From Octopus sinensis (taxonomy: Eukaryota): 64,000 bases of DNA. A model generated the notes under the pieces. That model ran no database searches and was not told the DNA's origin. It saw nothing but the letters and a program-made list of their open reading frames with translations. Shown here piece after piece: positions 27,398-39,430 of this stretch. The DNA lies in the NCBI RefSeq assembly GCF_006345805.1, contig NC_043009.1, forward strand, positions 47,988,001 to 48,052,000. Direction: 5' to 3'. A program made the position numbers and the translations under genes. Within the stretch, counting starts at the first letter, position 1. Each line of letters begins with the position of its first letter.

Positions 27398-28025
27398 GCA
27401 TGCATACATACATATAGAGAGGAAAACAGAAAGAAGGAAAAAGGAAGAAAGAAGAAAAGAACAAAGTGGTGGAGAATAGAAATAAATAAAGAAAGAAAGA
27501 AAGGAAGGAAGGAAGAAAGGAAGAAAGAAGAGAGGAAGAACAGTTTGAAAGGGTGTAGAAGCTATTCAAGATTAAAGTATTCTTATAATCTTCTGTCCTC
27601 GAGGGATCGAAGTAAGTGAGGTTCTGTTATTAATATGTCTTTTGTTTCTCCAGCTTTCATTATTTCAATGTTTTCTTCTGTCCATTGCCTGGCGTTGAAT
27701 AGAGTGAGACCCCTGTTCAAAGAAAAGGGAAGCTTTATAAAATGATTTATGATCTACAATTAGAGGGAAATATGAGCAAGTTAAGTGCAGTATTGACAAG
27801 TTGCCAGCCACTGTTAGTATTTTCTTTCTGTAAAATCTCTGAATAATAGAAACAGCCACTATAAAGCTAGATTCTGTCGTCAAAAGAAATTATGAATATA
27901 TAAAAGGCAAGGCTGAAGCAGGGATAGGCTAATTAAGATTTCATTTCTTTCTTACTAGAATTAGCACCGTAGATAATTGTTGTGTCCAAGGTCCGACATT
28001 GGATTAACATTATTGATATTTCTAA

Positions 28026-29040
28026 AGGCGGCGAGCTGGCAGAAACGTTAGCACGCCGGGCGAAATGCTTAGCAGTATTTCGTCTGCCACTACGTTCTGA
28101 GTTCAAATTCCGCCGAGGTAGACTTTGCCTTTCATCCTTTCGGGGTCGATTAAATAAGTACCAGTTACGCACTAGGGTCGATATAATCGACTTAATCCCT
28201 TTGTCTGTCCTTGTTTGTCTTCTCTGTGTTTAGCCCCTTGTGGATACTAAAGAAATAGGTATTTTGTCTGCCGTTACGTTCTGAGTTCAAATTCCGCCGA
28301 GGTCAATTTTGCCTTTCATCCCTTCGGGGTCGATAAATTAAGTACCAGTTACGCACTGGGGTCGATGTAATCAACTTAATCCGTTTGTCTGTCCTTGTTT
28401 GTCCTCTCTGTGTTTAGCCCCTTGTGGGTAGTAAAGAAATAGGTATTTCGTGCGTCTTTACGTTCTGAGTTCAAATTCCGCTGAGGTCGATTTTGCCTTT
28501 CATCCTTTTGGGGTCGATAAATTAAGTACTAGTTGCGCACTGAGGTCGATGTAATCGACTTAATCCCTTTGTCTGTCCTTGTTTGTCCCCTCTATGTTTA
28601 GCCCCATGTGGGCAATAAAGAAATAAGAAACGTTAGCACGCCGGGCTAAATGCTTAGCGGTATTTCGTCTGCCGTTACGTTCTGAGTTCAAATTCCAACG
28701 AGATCGACTTTGTCTTTCATCCTTTCGGGGTCGATAAATTATATACCAGTTGCATACTGGGGTCAATCTAATCGACTGCCCCTGCCTCCCCCAATTTTCG
28801 GGTCTTGTACCTAGTGTAGAAAAGATTATTGATATTTCTAAGGCGGCGAGCTGGCAGACACGTTAACACGCCGAGCGAAATGCTTAGTGGTATTTCATCT
28901 GCCGCTACGTTCTGAGTTCAAATTCCGCCGAGGTCGACTTTGCCTTTCATCCCTTCGGTATCGATAAATTAAGTACCAGTTTGCATACTGAGGTCGATCT
29001 AATCGACTGGCCCCCTCCCCAAAAATTTGGGCCCCTCTCC
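28026..29040 (+). mobile_element. Cluster of tandem OR1-like SINE units
   Basis: About five units, several joined at the AAAGAAATA|GGTATTT junction. Confidence 0.85.
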
Positions 29041-29384
29041 CAAAATTTCGATATTTCTTTTATCGGCCACAAAGATCTAATATGTTGAGAAAAGTGCAAA
29101 AGTGAAATGCAGAGGGAAAAAACCCCAGACATACAAGAAACAATAGTAACAATAAAGAGAAATTAATAAATTGATACCTATCAGTGCACCGGATTCATGA
29201 CAAAGCATCGAAACCTCAGTCATCACCTTCGTTTCCATTGTTCTTTGATTTGTTTAACCTGCGAAATTCACCATTATCTTATGTTAAACAGGGGTGAATC
29301 GAGATTATTTCAGTGACCTGGTTCTGCTTTAACAAAGGTATATATTCGCGATATATATATATATATATAACAAAGGTATATATT

Positions 29385-29855
29385 CGCAGAAACGTTAGTA
29401 CACCGGGTGAAATGCTTAGCGGTATTTCGTCTGCTGAAGGCGGCGAGCTAGCAGAATCGTTAGCACGTCGGGCGAAATGCTTAGCGGTATTTCGTCTGCC
29501 GTTACGTTGTGAGTTCAAATTTCGCCGAGGTCGACTTTGCCTTTCATCCTTTCGGGGTCGATAAATTAAGTACCAGTTAAGCACTGGGGTCGATATAATC
29601 GACTTAATACCTATGTCTGTCCATGTTTGTCCCCTCTATGTTCAGCCCCTTGTGGGTAATAAAGAAATAGGTATTTCGTCTGCTGTTACATTCTGAGTTC
29701 AAATTCCGCCGAGGTCGACTTTGCCTTTCATCCTTTCGGGGTCGATAAATTAAGTACCAGTTGCGCACTGGGGTCGATGTAATCGACTTAATCCGTTTGT
29801 CTGTCCTTGTTTGTCCACTCTGTGTTTAGCCCTTTGTGGGTAGTAAAGAAATAGG
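29385..29855 (+). mobile_element. OR1-like SINE dimer with a partial head
   Basis: Same junction at about 29670. Confidence 0.85.
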
Positions 29856-30039
29856 TATATATTCGAGATACTTGTAAAATCAACACTCATCCACCCCCAA
29901 AACGCAGGTTCTTGAAGACCTTGAGACTATTTATTTCTGTCATCTTTAGAAATTTCACCGAAACTTAGTTTTCACACACACACACGCACGCGCATTATTA
30001 AGCCGTTTTTTTTGCGTGAGTTTCGCATTCTTTACGAAC

Positions 30040-31102
30040 TCCTATAAAGCTTGAACTTAATGATTTTCGATGTAAACAAACTGTCATCCAATGCAGAAAC
30101 TTTTGTGTTCCCTTCCAACACGTCACTCAAAAGGAAAAGAACGCTCAAAATCAAGCTGTTCCCATCCGTAACACAATATTACGTTGGGTGAATGCACTTT
30201 GTAGACGAGGTACACTAATGAATAGGAGACTAGTGAGGGCGCCACGAACGGTGCGGACCCAGGAAAATGTGGAACATGTCAGACAAGCTTTGATACAGAG
30301 TTCGAATCGCTCTGCACAGCGGCTTTACTTTGCACATCAGAGGGAAGCAATTTTTAAGGCAAATGACAACTTCAATTTGATAATGAGTGATGACGCTCAT
30401 TTTCATCCCAATGACATGGTGAATCAACCGAACTGTCGTTATGGGGCTCATGAAAGACCACTGCACAGCCCAAATGTGACGGTCTGGTGTGCTCTTGCAA
30501 AACCTGCTGTCATTGGTCCTTACTTTTTAAGACAATAATGGAAATGCTGTTACTGTGAACTTGGAGCGTTACATCGTGATGATAAACAACTTCTTTTTGC
30601 CTGAATTACGATGAAAACGTGTGCCTATTCGATGTGTGTAGTTACAGTAGTATAGGGCGACGGACCACACAGCCAAAGTATCAATGGACGTTCTTCGCCC
30701 TCTCTTCGGTGACCGCCTCATTTCCAGGTTTGCTGACATTCCTTGGCGCCCCTTCGGTCCTTTGATTTGTCCATGTATGATTATTTCTTGTGAGGAAATC
30801 TCAAGGTACGGGTGTATGCGCATAAGCCTCGTAGATTGGACGATTTGAAGGAAGCTATTCGCGTGGAAGTCGCTCAAATCGACAGAGCAATGCTGGAGAG
30901 AGTGGAGGCCAGCTTCTAAGAAAGCCTTCAGAAATGCATCAATGAAAACGGACACCACATGATGGATGCTGTTTCTCACACATGATTTTGACAAATGCAA
31001 ATTCAATTCGAACACATTGATGTCAATGAAATTTGTTTGCAGCTAAAATTAGTGATTTTGTGAATTTCTCAAAAAAGTCCGTCCCTCCTGCCTCACCTTG
31101 TA
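30040..31102 (+). mobile_element. Degenerate Tc1/mariner element
   Basis: PRTVRTQENVEHVRQA, LIMSDDAHFH, PLHSPNVTVWCAL...IGPYF and downstream mariner catalytic remnants; right TIR ...CCTCACCTTG|TA. Confidence 0.8.
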
Positions 31103-31167
31103 TATATATATATTATATATATATATATAATATATATATATATATATCTGTGTGTGTGTGTGTGTGT

Positions 31168-31206
<39 letters not shown>

Positions 31207-31354
31207 TTATGCGTGTGTGTGTGTGTTTATATATATCTCCAAATGGAGTAGTGTAAAATGAAGTATTTTTCTCAAGAACACAGCGCATCGCACAGTCCTG
31301 GAATCGAAACCACAATCTTACAAGCGCGAGTCCAACACCCTGACCATTAAGCCA

Positions 31355-32113
31355 TGGTGACTAAAGCTATTGCAATTTTGTGGCCATCATAGCCTCAAGG
31401 CTGCTCCAGAACCTGGCATGTGCCTTCTTCGCTGTGTCCCAGGCAAGATCTTCGAACACCTTTTTGGCCACCAGCACGGCCTTGGTGTTGCCAGCAGAGA
31501 GATGAGCGATTGGTGTCTTTCTCAGCCGCATCCCATACATAATAATCCATGGGGTTACAATCAAGGGAATTAAGAGGCCAGAAATTGTGGCAGATGAAGC
31601 TGTAGAAACTCTCCAACAACAACTTCTAATTCTCTCCCGATGTATGACAAAGAGCCGAATCCTACTGCTGCACTTCTGACCTTTCAAAATCAACCCTCTC
31701 CTACCAGGGATTCACCACAGTCTCCAACAGCTTCACACAACCGTCTAAATTGGAACTAAGGCATTGTTCATCAGTTCGATGAAGTCTCGCATGTAGATCC
31801 AGTCAGAACACCCGATGTGTCCCTTCCTGCTGGCCACAGCTTCATAATTTTTGTTGCAGCTGTCTTTGTCACATTTTACAGCCTTTGCAGGGTTCACAGA
31901 GCATAGAATTGTAGTCATGATGTCAGTATTTTGATACCCAGCTCGAATCATCATGATACCGGTAACTCTTTCCCAATATTCAGTTAGCTTCAAGTCCTCC
32001 ATGTTAGCAAACCTTTCCTTTAATCTTCATGCTCTCCAACGCCGTTGACTTAACCAGTACGTTAAACTGTCCTCGGAGACATAAAAATCATCCAATTTGG
32101 TTTGAATACCCTG
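31355..32113 (-). mobile_element. Internally deleted mariner (maT-like) element
   Basis: TIR CAGGGTATTCAAACC at 32113 and WPLNSLDCNPMDYYVWDAAEKDTNR (WPPNSPD motif). Confidence 0.75.
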
Positions 32114-32147
32114 TGTACGTATTATTTCAATTTATTTTATTATTTTT

Positions 32148-32557
32148 ATTACTCTTTTACTTGTTTCAGTAATTTGACTGCTGCCATGCTGGAGCACTGC
32201 CTTTAGTCGAGCAAATCGACCCCAGGACTTATTCTTTGTAAGCCTAGTACTTATTCTATCGGTCTCTTTTGCCGTACCGCTAAGTTACGGGGACGTAAAC
32301 ACACCAGCATCGGTTGTCAAGCGATGTTGGGGGGACCAACACAGACACACGAACACACACACATTTACATATATATATATATACATATATACGACGGGCT
32401 TCTTTCAGTTTCCGTCTGGCAAATCCACTCACAAGGCTTTGGTCGGCCCGAGGCTATAGTAGAAGACACTTGTCCAAGGTGCCACGCATTGGGAGTGAAC
32501 CCAGAACCATGTGGTTGGTAAGCAAGCTACTTACCACACAGCCACTCCTACGCCTAT
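32148..32557 (-). mobile_element. Full-length OR2-like SINE
   Basis: Same architecture as 538-939. Confidence 0.88.
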
Positions 32558-33064
32558 TATTTTAATTTATTTTATTATTTTCATTAATTTATTTATTGCT
32601 TTGGGTGGAGGTGGGGGTGTCTCTGTAGCTCAATGCCAATGGGAAAGGAGTTAGAAACAGATTTTTCTTTTTTTTTTTTTTTTCAAAAGTCAATGAAATA
32701 AAAACAACTGCAACAAGAACAACAACCACCTTGGCTTGCTTGTAAAAATTCTTTTACACCTCAAAAACAATGACTCCAAATTTTGAAAGAAAAAAACAGA
32801 AGCACACGAAACCTAATAACTGTTACAATCCAGGCAGTAATTGTAAGACTGAAAAGAAACATGTCCATGCAAGCTCACAACTTAAAGCGGTTCTTAATTT
32901 AGGCACAAGGTTAGCAACTTAGAAGGGAGGGGTGGAGTTAGTTGATTTACGAAGAGCATGTTCGTTCAGATTACTCGGTCGAAGAGAGAAAGAGAGAGAA
33001 AGAGAGAGAAAGAGAGAGAGAAAGAGAGAGGCAGAGTTGAATAGTAATTACCAGGTTCAAATAT

Positions 33065-33700
33065 ACTTTTCTACTCTAGGCACAAGGGATGTGGGGGCGT
33101 CAGTCGATTAGATCAACCGCAGTACGCGACTGGTACTTAATTTATCGACTTCGAAAGGATGAAAGGCAAAGTCGACCTTGGCGGAATTTGAACTCATAAC
33201 GTAAAGACAGACGAAATATCGCTAAGCATTTAGCCCAGCGTGCTAACGATTCTTTATTTCTTTATTGCCCACAAGGGGCTAAACATAGAGGAAACAAACA
33301 AGGACAGACAAACGGATTAAGACGATTATATCGACCCTAGTGCGTAACTGGTACTTATTTAATCGACCCCGAAAGGATGAAAGGCAAAGTCGACCTCGGC
33401 GGAATTTGAACTCAGAACGTAGCGGCAGACGAAATACCGCTAAGCATTTCGCCCGGTGTGCTAACGTTTCTGCCAGCTCGCTGCCTTGTCAGGTATCAAA
33501 TAAAGTTAATAATCGGATCCAATAAGGCGGTGAGCTGGCAGAATCGCTACTGCACCGGACAAAATACTTAGTGGTATTTCGTCCCTAATTACGTTGAGAG
33601 TTCAAATTCTGCCGAGGTCGACTTCGCATTTTAGCTTTTCCTGGTCATAAAATAAGCACGAGTTGAGCACTGCGGTCGGTGTTATCAACTTAGCCCCTCT
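33065..33700. mobile_element. OR1-like SINE dimer (-) followed by a diverged copy (+)
   Basis: Consensus motifs on both strands. Confidence 0.75.
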
Positions 33701-34137
33701 CCTGGTGCCAAAATCTGAAAGCAATAATCTGATCCACTGTAAAAGCAATCTGAGTTGATTGTTAAGTCCCTTTCTCAAAGAGAAACATTCTCAGATAATC
33801 TGATAGTTAATACTGATAGAAAAAGATGATTAAGGTACACAACAAAAATAAATAAATAATGATGGTTTTAATTTTTTGGCTCAAGGCCGTCAGTTTTTGC
33901 GCGCACATGTGTGTGGGGGTGTCTAATCGATTACATCGACTCCAGCACTTAGCTGGTACTTCTTTTATCGATCCCGAAGTGATGAAATACAAAGCTGACT
34001 TCAGCGAAATCCTAGAACATGAAAATTAAAAATAAAAATAGCCGGAGGAAATGCCAATAAGCATTTTGTCCGACGCGCTAACAACGTTATCAACAACAAT
34101 TATTATTGTTATTAGTAGTAGCAGTAGTAGTACTACG

Positions 34138-34169
<32 letters not shown>

Positions 34170-34239
34170 CACCGCTACAACAGCAAGAGAAAAAGAATTA
34201 AGGTAGCAAAAGATCAGCGATCTATTTAAATTGATGCTA

Positions 34240-34880
34240 TAATTCTCTTGGACCGTTCACCTTCAGAAAACCAATGCACTAAATACAAGCTGTCTTGTTT
34301 TCCAAAGAAGTTAAAGGCTTTGAATTTGTTTTGGGAAAAAAGAATAAACTTCTGTACTGTTCTGTGCGCTTCGAGTGTCGCCGCTGCTTATTTTACATTG
34401 TTTTTATTGGTTTCGATCACCAGATTACGGTTTTCTAGCTGAGATTGAGAAATTTGACGAGAAAATGTATTGGAAGCAAAAAAAAAAAAAAAAAAAGAAG
34501 AGGTTCTTTCGCAGGTGCTTGAAATAGCAGTCATTGCTTCCTTACTGTCTTAAAAACGAACGGGATAATGTAATACAAAATACACTAGCACATAGACACA
34601 ACGTCAAAATAAGATCAATGGTGATATCCTCCAAGATATAGCTGTTATAGATTCCTGCTGGATATTGGAAAGCTACAAGGGACAAAATTTAGTGTAGAAC
34701 TAACTTATTAACTCCCTTCTCCAGGTTCGAGTTATTTCCCCTGATTATTAAAGTTTTCTCCCCTGAATTCTCTTTAACATTTCGCGCTAATCTTGTCTCT
34801 TGAATTTTTAGGCTGATAAAATAAATTTGATTAGAAATCATGAACCACAGTGAGCTGCAATACAGGAAACGATTGACTAG
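34240..34880 (-). pseudogene. Best segment of a candidate decayed multi-exon gene downstream of DHDH-like
   Basis: One frame gives LKIQETRLARNVKENSGEKTLIIRGNNSNLEKGVNKLVLH*ILSLVAFQYPAGIYNSYILEDITIDLILTLCLCASVFCITLSRSFLR and LENRNLVIETNKNNVK*AAATLEAHRTVQKFILFSQNKFKAFNFFGKQDSLYLVHWFSE, with plausible GT/AG sites. No family recognised. Confidence 0.3.
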
Positions 34881-35382
34881 TTTATGTCATCAACGACTCA
34901 TATTTCTAATGTGGTTACCGTTGAACATAGATTAATTACTAAAGTGCCAAATAGCGTGGATGATGAACGAATACATAAATATACGTACCAATTTACAAGA
35001 GATTAACCAGATAGTTTGAAATGAGAATCGAACTTGAAGAATTTGGTTGTAATTGAACAATCCTGGGATCACCGAATAAGGAGCTGAAGTTTACTTAGTG
35101 GTGAACGTGAGCGAATTGTGAAACCCTGTTACTCTGATTCCACCCACCCCATTCCAAACTACCAAAAAGAACCATAAAGCCTAATTCCATAGTTAATCAT
35201 AATGCATATAACTCCAAATATTTGTTTGTACGCATGTATTTCCGTTTGATTTTAAATCTATCATCTTTGAGTTTTGTATAATTGTTACTTTCTTTACTAC
35301 AAACCGCTTAATATTAAATTTGTCATAAAATCTTATGGCGCTTAATTCGGGTTTCAAGTGCAGGTTTTATTTTTTTTTAAAT

Positions 35383-35543
35383 GTATAGGAGTGGCTGTGT
35401 GGTAAGTAGCTTGTTTACCAACCACATGGTTCCGGGTTCAGTCCCACTGCGTGGCACTTTGGGCAAGTGTCTTCTACTATAGCCTCGGGCCGACCAAAGC
35501 CTTGTGAGTGGATTTGGTAGACGGAAACTGAAAGAAGCCCGTC

Positions 35544-35599
<56 letters not shown>

Positions 35600-35797
35600 A
35601 TGTGTGTCTGTGTTTGTCCCCCTAGCATTGACAACCGATGCTGGTGTGCTTATGTCCCCGTTACCTAGCGGTTCGGCAAAAGAGACCGATAGAATAAATA
35701 CTGGGCTTACAAAAGAATAAGTCCCGGGGTTGAGTTGCTCGATTAAAGGCGGTGCTCCAGCATGGCCGCAGTCAAATGAGTAAAAGAGTAAAAGAGT
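35383..35797 (+). mobile_element. Full-length OR2-like SINE
   Basis: Same architecture, + strand. Confidence 0.88.
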
Positions 35798-35834
35798 TAA
35801 TTATTCTCAACGTTTAGAGGGGATCCCATAAATT

Positions 35835-36072
35835 CCTATTTCTTTACTACCCACAAGGGGCTAAACACAGAGGGGACAAACAAGGACAGACAAACGGATT
35901 AAGTCGATTATATCGACCCCAGCAGTACGCAACTGGTACTTAATTTATTGACCCCGTAAGGATGAAAGGCAAAGTCGACCTCGGGGAAATTTGAACTCAG
36001 AACGTAACGGCTGACGAAATACGGCTACGCATTTCGCCCGGCGTGTTAACGTTTCTGCCAACTCACCGCCTT
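35835..36072 (-). mobile_element. OR1-like SINE monomer
   Basis: Same consensus, reverse strand. Confidence 0.85.
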
Positions 36073-36679
36073 CCCATAAATTCCGATTCTGAATAAGGGT
36101 TTGAAAACTTTCAAATCGAACCGTATGCAAAAGGAATGTTAGATCAAACCCTCTGAGACTACTGATTTGGGTTACCTGTGTTCTCTGAATGCTCGTGTTT
36201 TTTTACATTTTAAACAGTGAGGTAATAAACACTTACTGTAGAAGATAAGATATTTTTACGGTTCGACCTGGGGAAAAGAGTTGCGATGATGGCTTTTGCA
36301 GGTGCTACGAGACTGGTGCAAGTTAATTGTACTTCTCTATCCTGCCATCAAACCAAAAGACCATCATTAATCTCGCTTCTCACAACTGGATACGGACATT
36401 TCATGAACAGTTTTATGATTGTTGTACAGCGATACATTTCAGCTTTCGAAGGTAGTTTTCAAGTATAGAGAAAGTTGAGATAGCAACTACTAATTTAAAA
36501 CTCCGATCAATTTGCAATTTTTACTACACCATATCGATGCTAACAATTCGTTTGATAGTTTCTATTTTTAACTTTTCTGGGTACAAGATCTCCAGTTCAA
36601 GAATGCAATTGTCTGTAATGAAACTAATGTATTACTGTTGCTTTGAATATCTAGGTTTGATAATATAAGCATTTCCGAT

Positions 36680-36868
36680 TACTCTTTTACTTGTTTCAGT
36701 CCTTTGACTGTGGCCATGCTGGATCACCGCATTTAGTTGAGCACATCGACCCCAGGACTTATTCCTTGTAAGCCCAGTACTTATTCTATCGGTCTCTTTT
36801 GCCGAACCGCTAAGTTACGGGGACGTAAACATACCAGCATCGGTTGTCAAGCAATGCTAGGGGGACAA

Positions 36869-36923
<55 letters not shown>

Positions 36924-37088
36924 GACAGGCTTCTTTCAGTTTCCGTCTACCAAATCCACTCACAAGGTATTGGTCGGCCCGGGGCTATAGCAGAAGACAC
37001 TTGCCCAAGATGCCACGCGGTAGGACTGAACCCGGAACCATGTGGTTGGTTAGCAAGCTACTTACCACACAGCCACTCCTGCGCCTAT
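36680..37088 (-). mobile_element. Full-length OR2-like SINE
   Basis: Same architecture. Confidence 0.88.
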
Positions 37089-37528
37089 TGTCATCTATTT
37101 TGTTTCTTAAAGGCTAAACTTTCTCACAAAGATAGACATTTAGATGTAGCTAGATTCTTCTAGACATATTCACCGTGGGTGGATGAAAAGACAAAGTTGA
37201 TGCGATTTTAATTTAAAATAGGAAGGGATTTAACTATGTAGTAGACCGTTTTTCTGGTATGCTAAAAACCCTACTGCTCTCATTGCCTCTGCAATAATTA
37301 AACGAATGCTTTCCAACAGACAGACACTTAGGTCATAAGTTTAGTATCAAGTGTATTATAGGTTAAATCGATCAGTATTTGACTGCTACATTTTTTCTTA
37401 TTGATATCTCAGAATAATGAAAAGCGAAATTAGCAAATGATAGAATTTGAACCTAGAAAGTAAAAAGTGGATACAATTAATAGTATTATCAGAGTGACAA
37501 ATACAATACAGTTGGATATTTTTAATGC

Positions 37529-37534
37529 TTTATT
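37529..37534 (-). promoter_or_regulatory. Candidate polyadenylation signal AATAAA of the DHDH-like gene
   Basis: AATAAA on the minus strand about 60 nt after the stop codon. Common hexamer in AT-rich DNA, so support is only positional. Confidence 0.45.
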
Positions 37535-37595
37535 AGCAAGAACAACAAAACCGATAACGAATTCTCCAGAAAAGTACTCATTTTTGAAATTCTAA

Positions 37596-37759
37596 CTAGA
37601 TTATGGTACATCGCATTTTCTCAAAAAAACTTAACTGTTCTTCCACTGGAACGGTGCTGAAATCATTTCTTGATCTGTAAAGTTTCTCTCGAACAGTTTC
37701 AAGAAGTCTCGAAACTGCTTGTGTCTGAGTTAATGTATGAAGTGGCGATTCTGTAAAAC
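37596..37759 (-). CDS. DHDH: DHDH-like terminal exon 7 (GFTESPLHTLTQTQAVSRLLETVREKLYRSRNDFSTVPVEEQLSFFEKMRCTII*)
   Basis: Acceptor catttttgcag|, phase 1. ESP motif aligns with GMKESPVIPL. TAG at 37598-37596. Confidence 0.88.
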
Positions 37760-37869
37760 CTGCAAAAATGAACGAGAAACTATAATCGGTTTTGTGCAGA
37801 AAATCAGCATGAAACTAAAAGAAAAAAAATATTGAAAGCATAGCAAGTAGAGATACGCTGTTTGGATTG

Positions 37870-38134
37870 AGTGGGGAGAGAGGGGGTAGAGAGAGAGGGG
37901 GGATAGAGAGAGGGGGGATAGAGAGAGGGGGGATAGAGAGAGGGGGGATAGAGAGAGGGGGGATAGAGAGAGGGGGGATAGAGAGAGGGGGATAGAGAGA
38001 GGGGGATAGAGAAAAGGGGGAGAGAGAAAAGGGGGAGAGAAAAGGGGGAGAGAGAAAAGGGGGAGAGAGAAAAGGGGGAGAGAGAAAAGGGGGAGAGAGA
38101 AAAGGGGGATAGAGAGAGGGGAGAGGGAAGAGAG

Positions 38135-38167
<33 letters not shown>

Positions 38168-38180
38168 AAGAAAGAAAGAG
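37870..38180. repeat. Polypurine 14-bp minisatellite (GGGGGATAGAGAGA)n grading into (GGGGGAGAGAGAAAA)-type units and (GA/GAAA)n
   Basis: Direct reading; starts about 110 nt from the exon 7 acceptor. Confidence 0.92.
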
Positions 38181-38224
38181 AGAGAGAAAGATTCTGACAG
38201 ACATTCTAATAATAATATTGGTTT

Positions 38225-39238
38225 CAAATTTTGGCACAAGGCCAGCAATTTCAGTGACGGGGCACTCAACTAGTACTTGTTTTATCGACTGAAAGGATGA
38301 AAGGCAAAGTCAAATTCGGCGGAATTTGAACTCAGAACGTGAAATGCCGCTGAGCATTTCGCCCTGTGTGCAAACTAATCTGTCAGGTCGCCGCCTTAAT
38401 AATATTGGCTTCAAATTTTGGCATAAGTTCCAGCAATTTCGTGGGCAGCGACTAAGTCGATTACAGTATTTAGCTGGTGCTTATTTTATCGAGCCCCGAT
38501 AGTATGTAGAGAAAAGTCGACCCTGGAGGAATTTGTTTTCAGAACATGAAGACAGAAGAATATTGCTGCTAAGCATTTCGTCCGACGCGTTAACCATTCA
38601 ACCAGTTCGTCGCTTTTACAGTGCCAATGACAATAACTATTTCTTTATTACCCACAAGGGGCTAAACATAGAGGGGACAAACATGGACAGACATAGGTAT
38701 AAAGTCGATTACATCGACCCCAGTGCGTAACTGGTACTTAATTTATCGACCCCGAAAGGATGAAAGGCAAAGTCGACCTCGGCGGAATTTGAACTCACAA
38801 CGTAACGGCAGCCGAAATACCTATTTCTTTACTACCCACAAGGGGCTAAACAGAGAGGAGACAAACAATGACAGACAAACGGATTAAGTCGATTATATCG
38901 ACCCCAGTGCGTAACTGGTACTTATTTAATCGACCCCGAAAGGATGAAAGGCAAAGTCGACCTCGGCGGAATTTGAACTCACAACGTAACGGCAGCCGAA
39001 ATACCTATTTCTTTACTACCCACAAGGGGCTAAACACAGAGGAGACAAACAAGGACAGACAAACGGATTAAGTCGATTATATCGACTCCAGTGCGTAACT
39101 GGTACTTATTTAATCGACCCCGAAAGGATGAAAGGCAAAGTCGACCTCGGCGGAATTTGAACTCAGAACGTAACGGCAGACGAAATACGGCTAAGCATTT
39201 CGCCCGACGTGCTAACGATTCTGCCAGCTCGCCGCCTT
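38225..39238 (-). mobile_element. OR1-like SINE trimer plus older copies in DHDH intron 6
   Basis: Two near-identical ~183-bp units (about 38821-39186) plus a variant unit; starts 30 nt from the exon 6 donor. Confidence 0.85.
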
Positions 39239-39267
39239 TACCAATGACAATAACAACGATAACTCAC

Positions 39268-39430
39268 CTGCACGGATCCAATGACGTACAAGTTCGGCCT
39301 GACAAATGAATCCCATGCTCTCGGGATAATTAAATTCAACATCCGTCGAAGGATTCGCCAAACCAAGCGGGATTTCCGTCTCTACACTATTTATCGTTAT
39401 TTTGTTGGTGGACCAAAGTGGCGGATGTAT
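39268..39430 (-). CDS. DHDH: DHDH-like coding exon 6 (IHPPLWSTNKITIN...FNYPESMGFICQAELVRHWIRA)
   Basis: Acceptor tttttcacag|, donor G|gtgagt, 163 nt, phase 0 to 1. Aligns with PCWCPT...NFDNGAGMSYEAKHV. Confidence 0.9.

Noticed and set aside
28026-29855. Regularly spaced ~185-bp repeats suggesting a CRISPR-like array
   Set aside because: Eukaryotic context; units are whole SINE bodies with no unique spacers and no cas genes.
37730-38269. 179-aa and 140-aa minus-strand ORFs (LSP/PPL repeats)
   Set aside because: Translation of the polypyrimidine minisatellite; the true exon 7 is in a different frame and starts at 37759.
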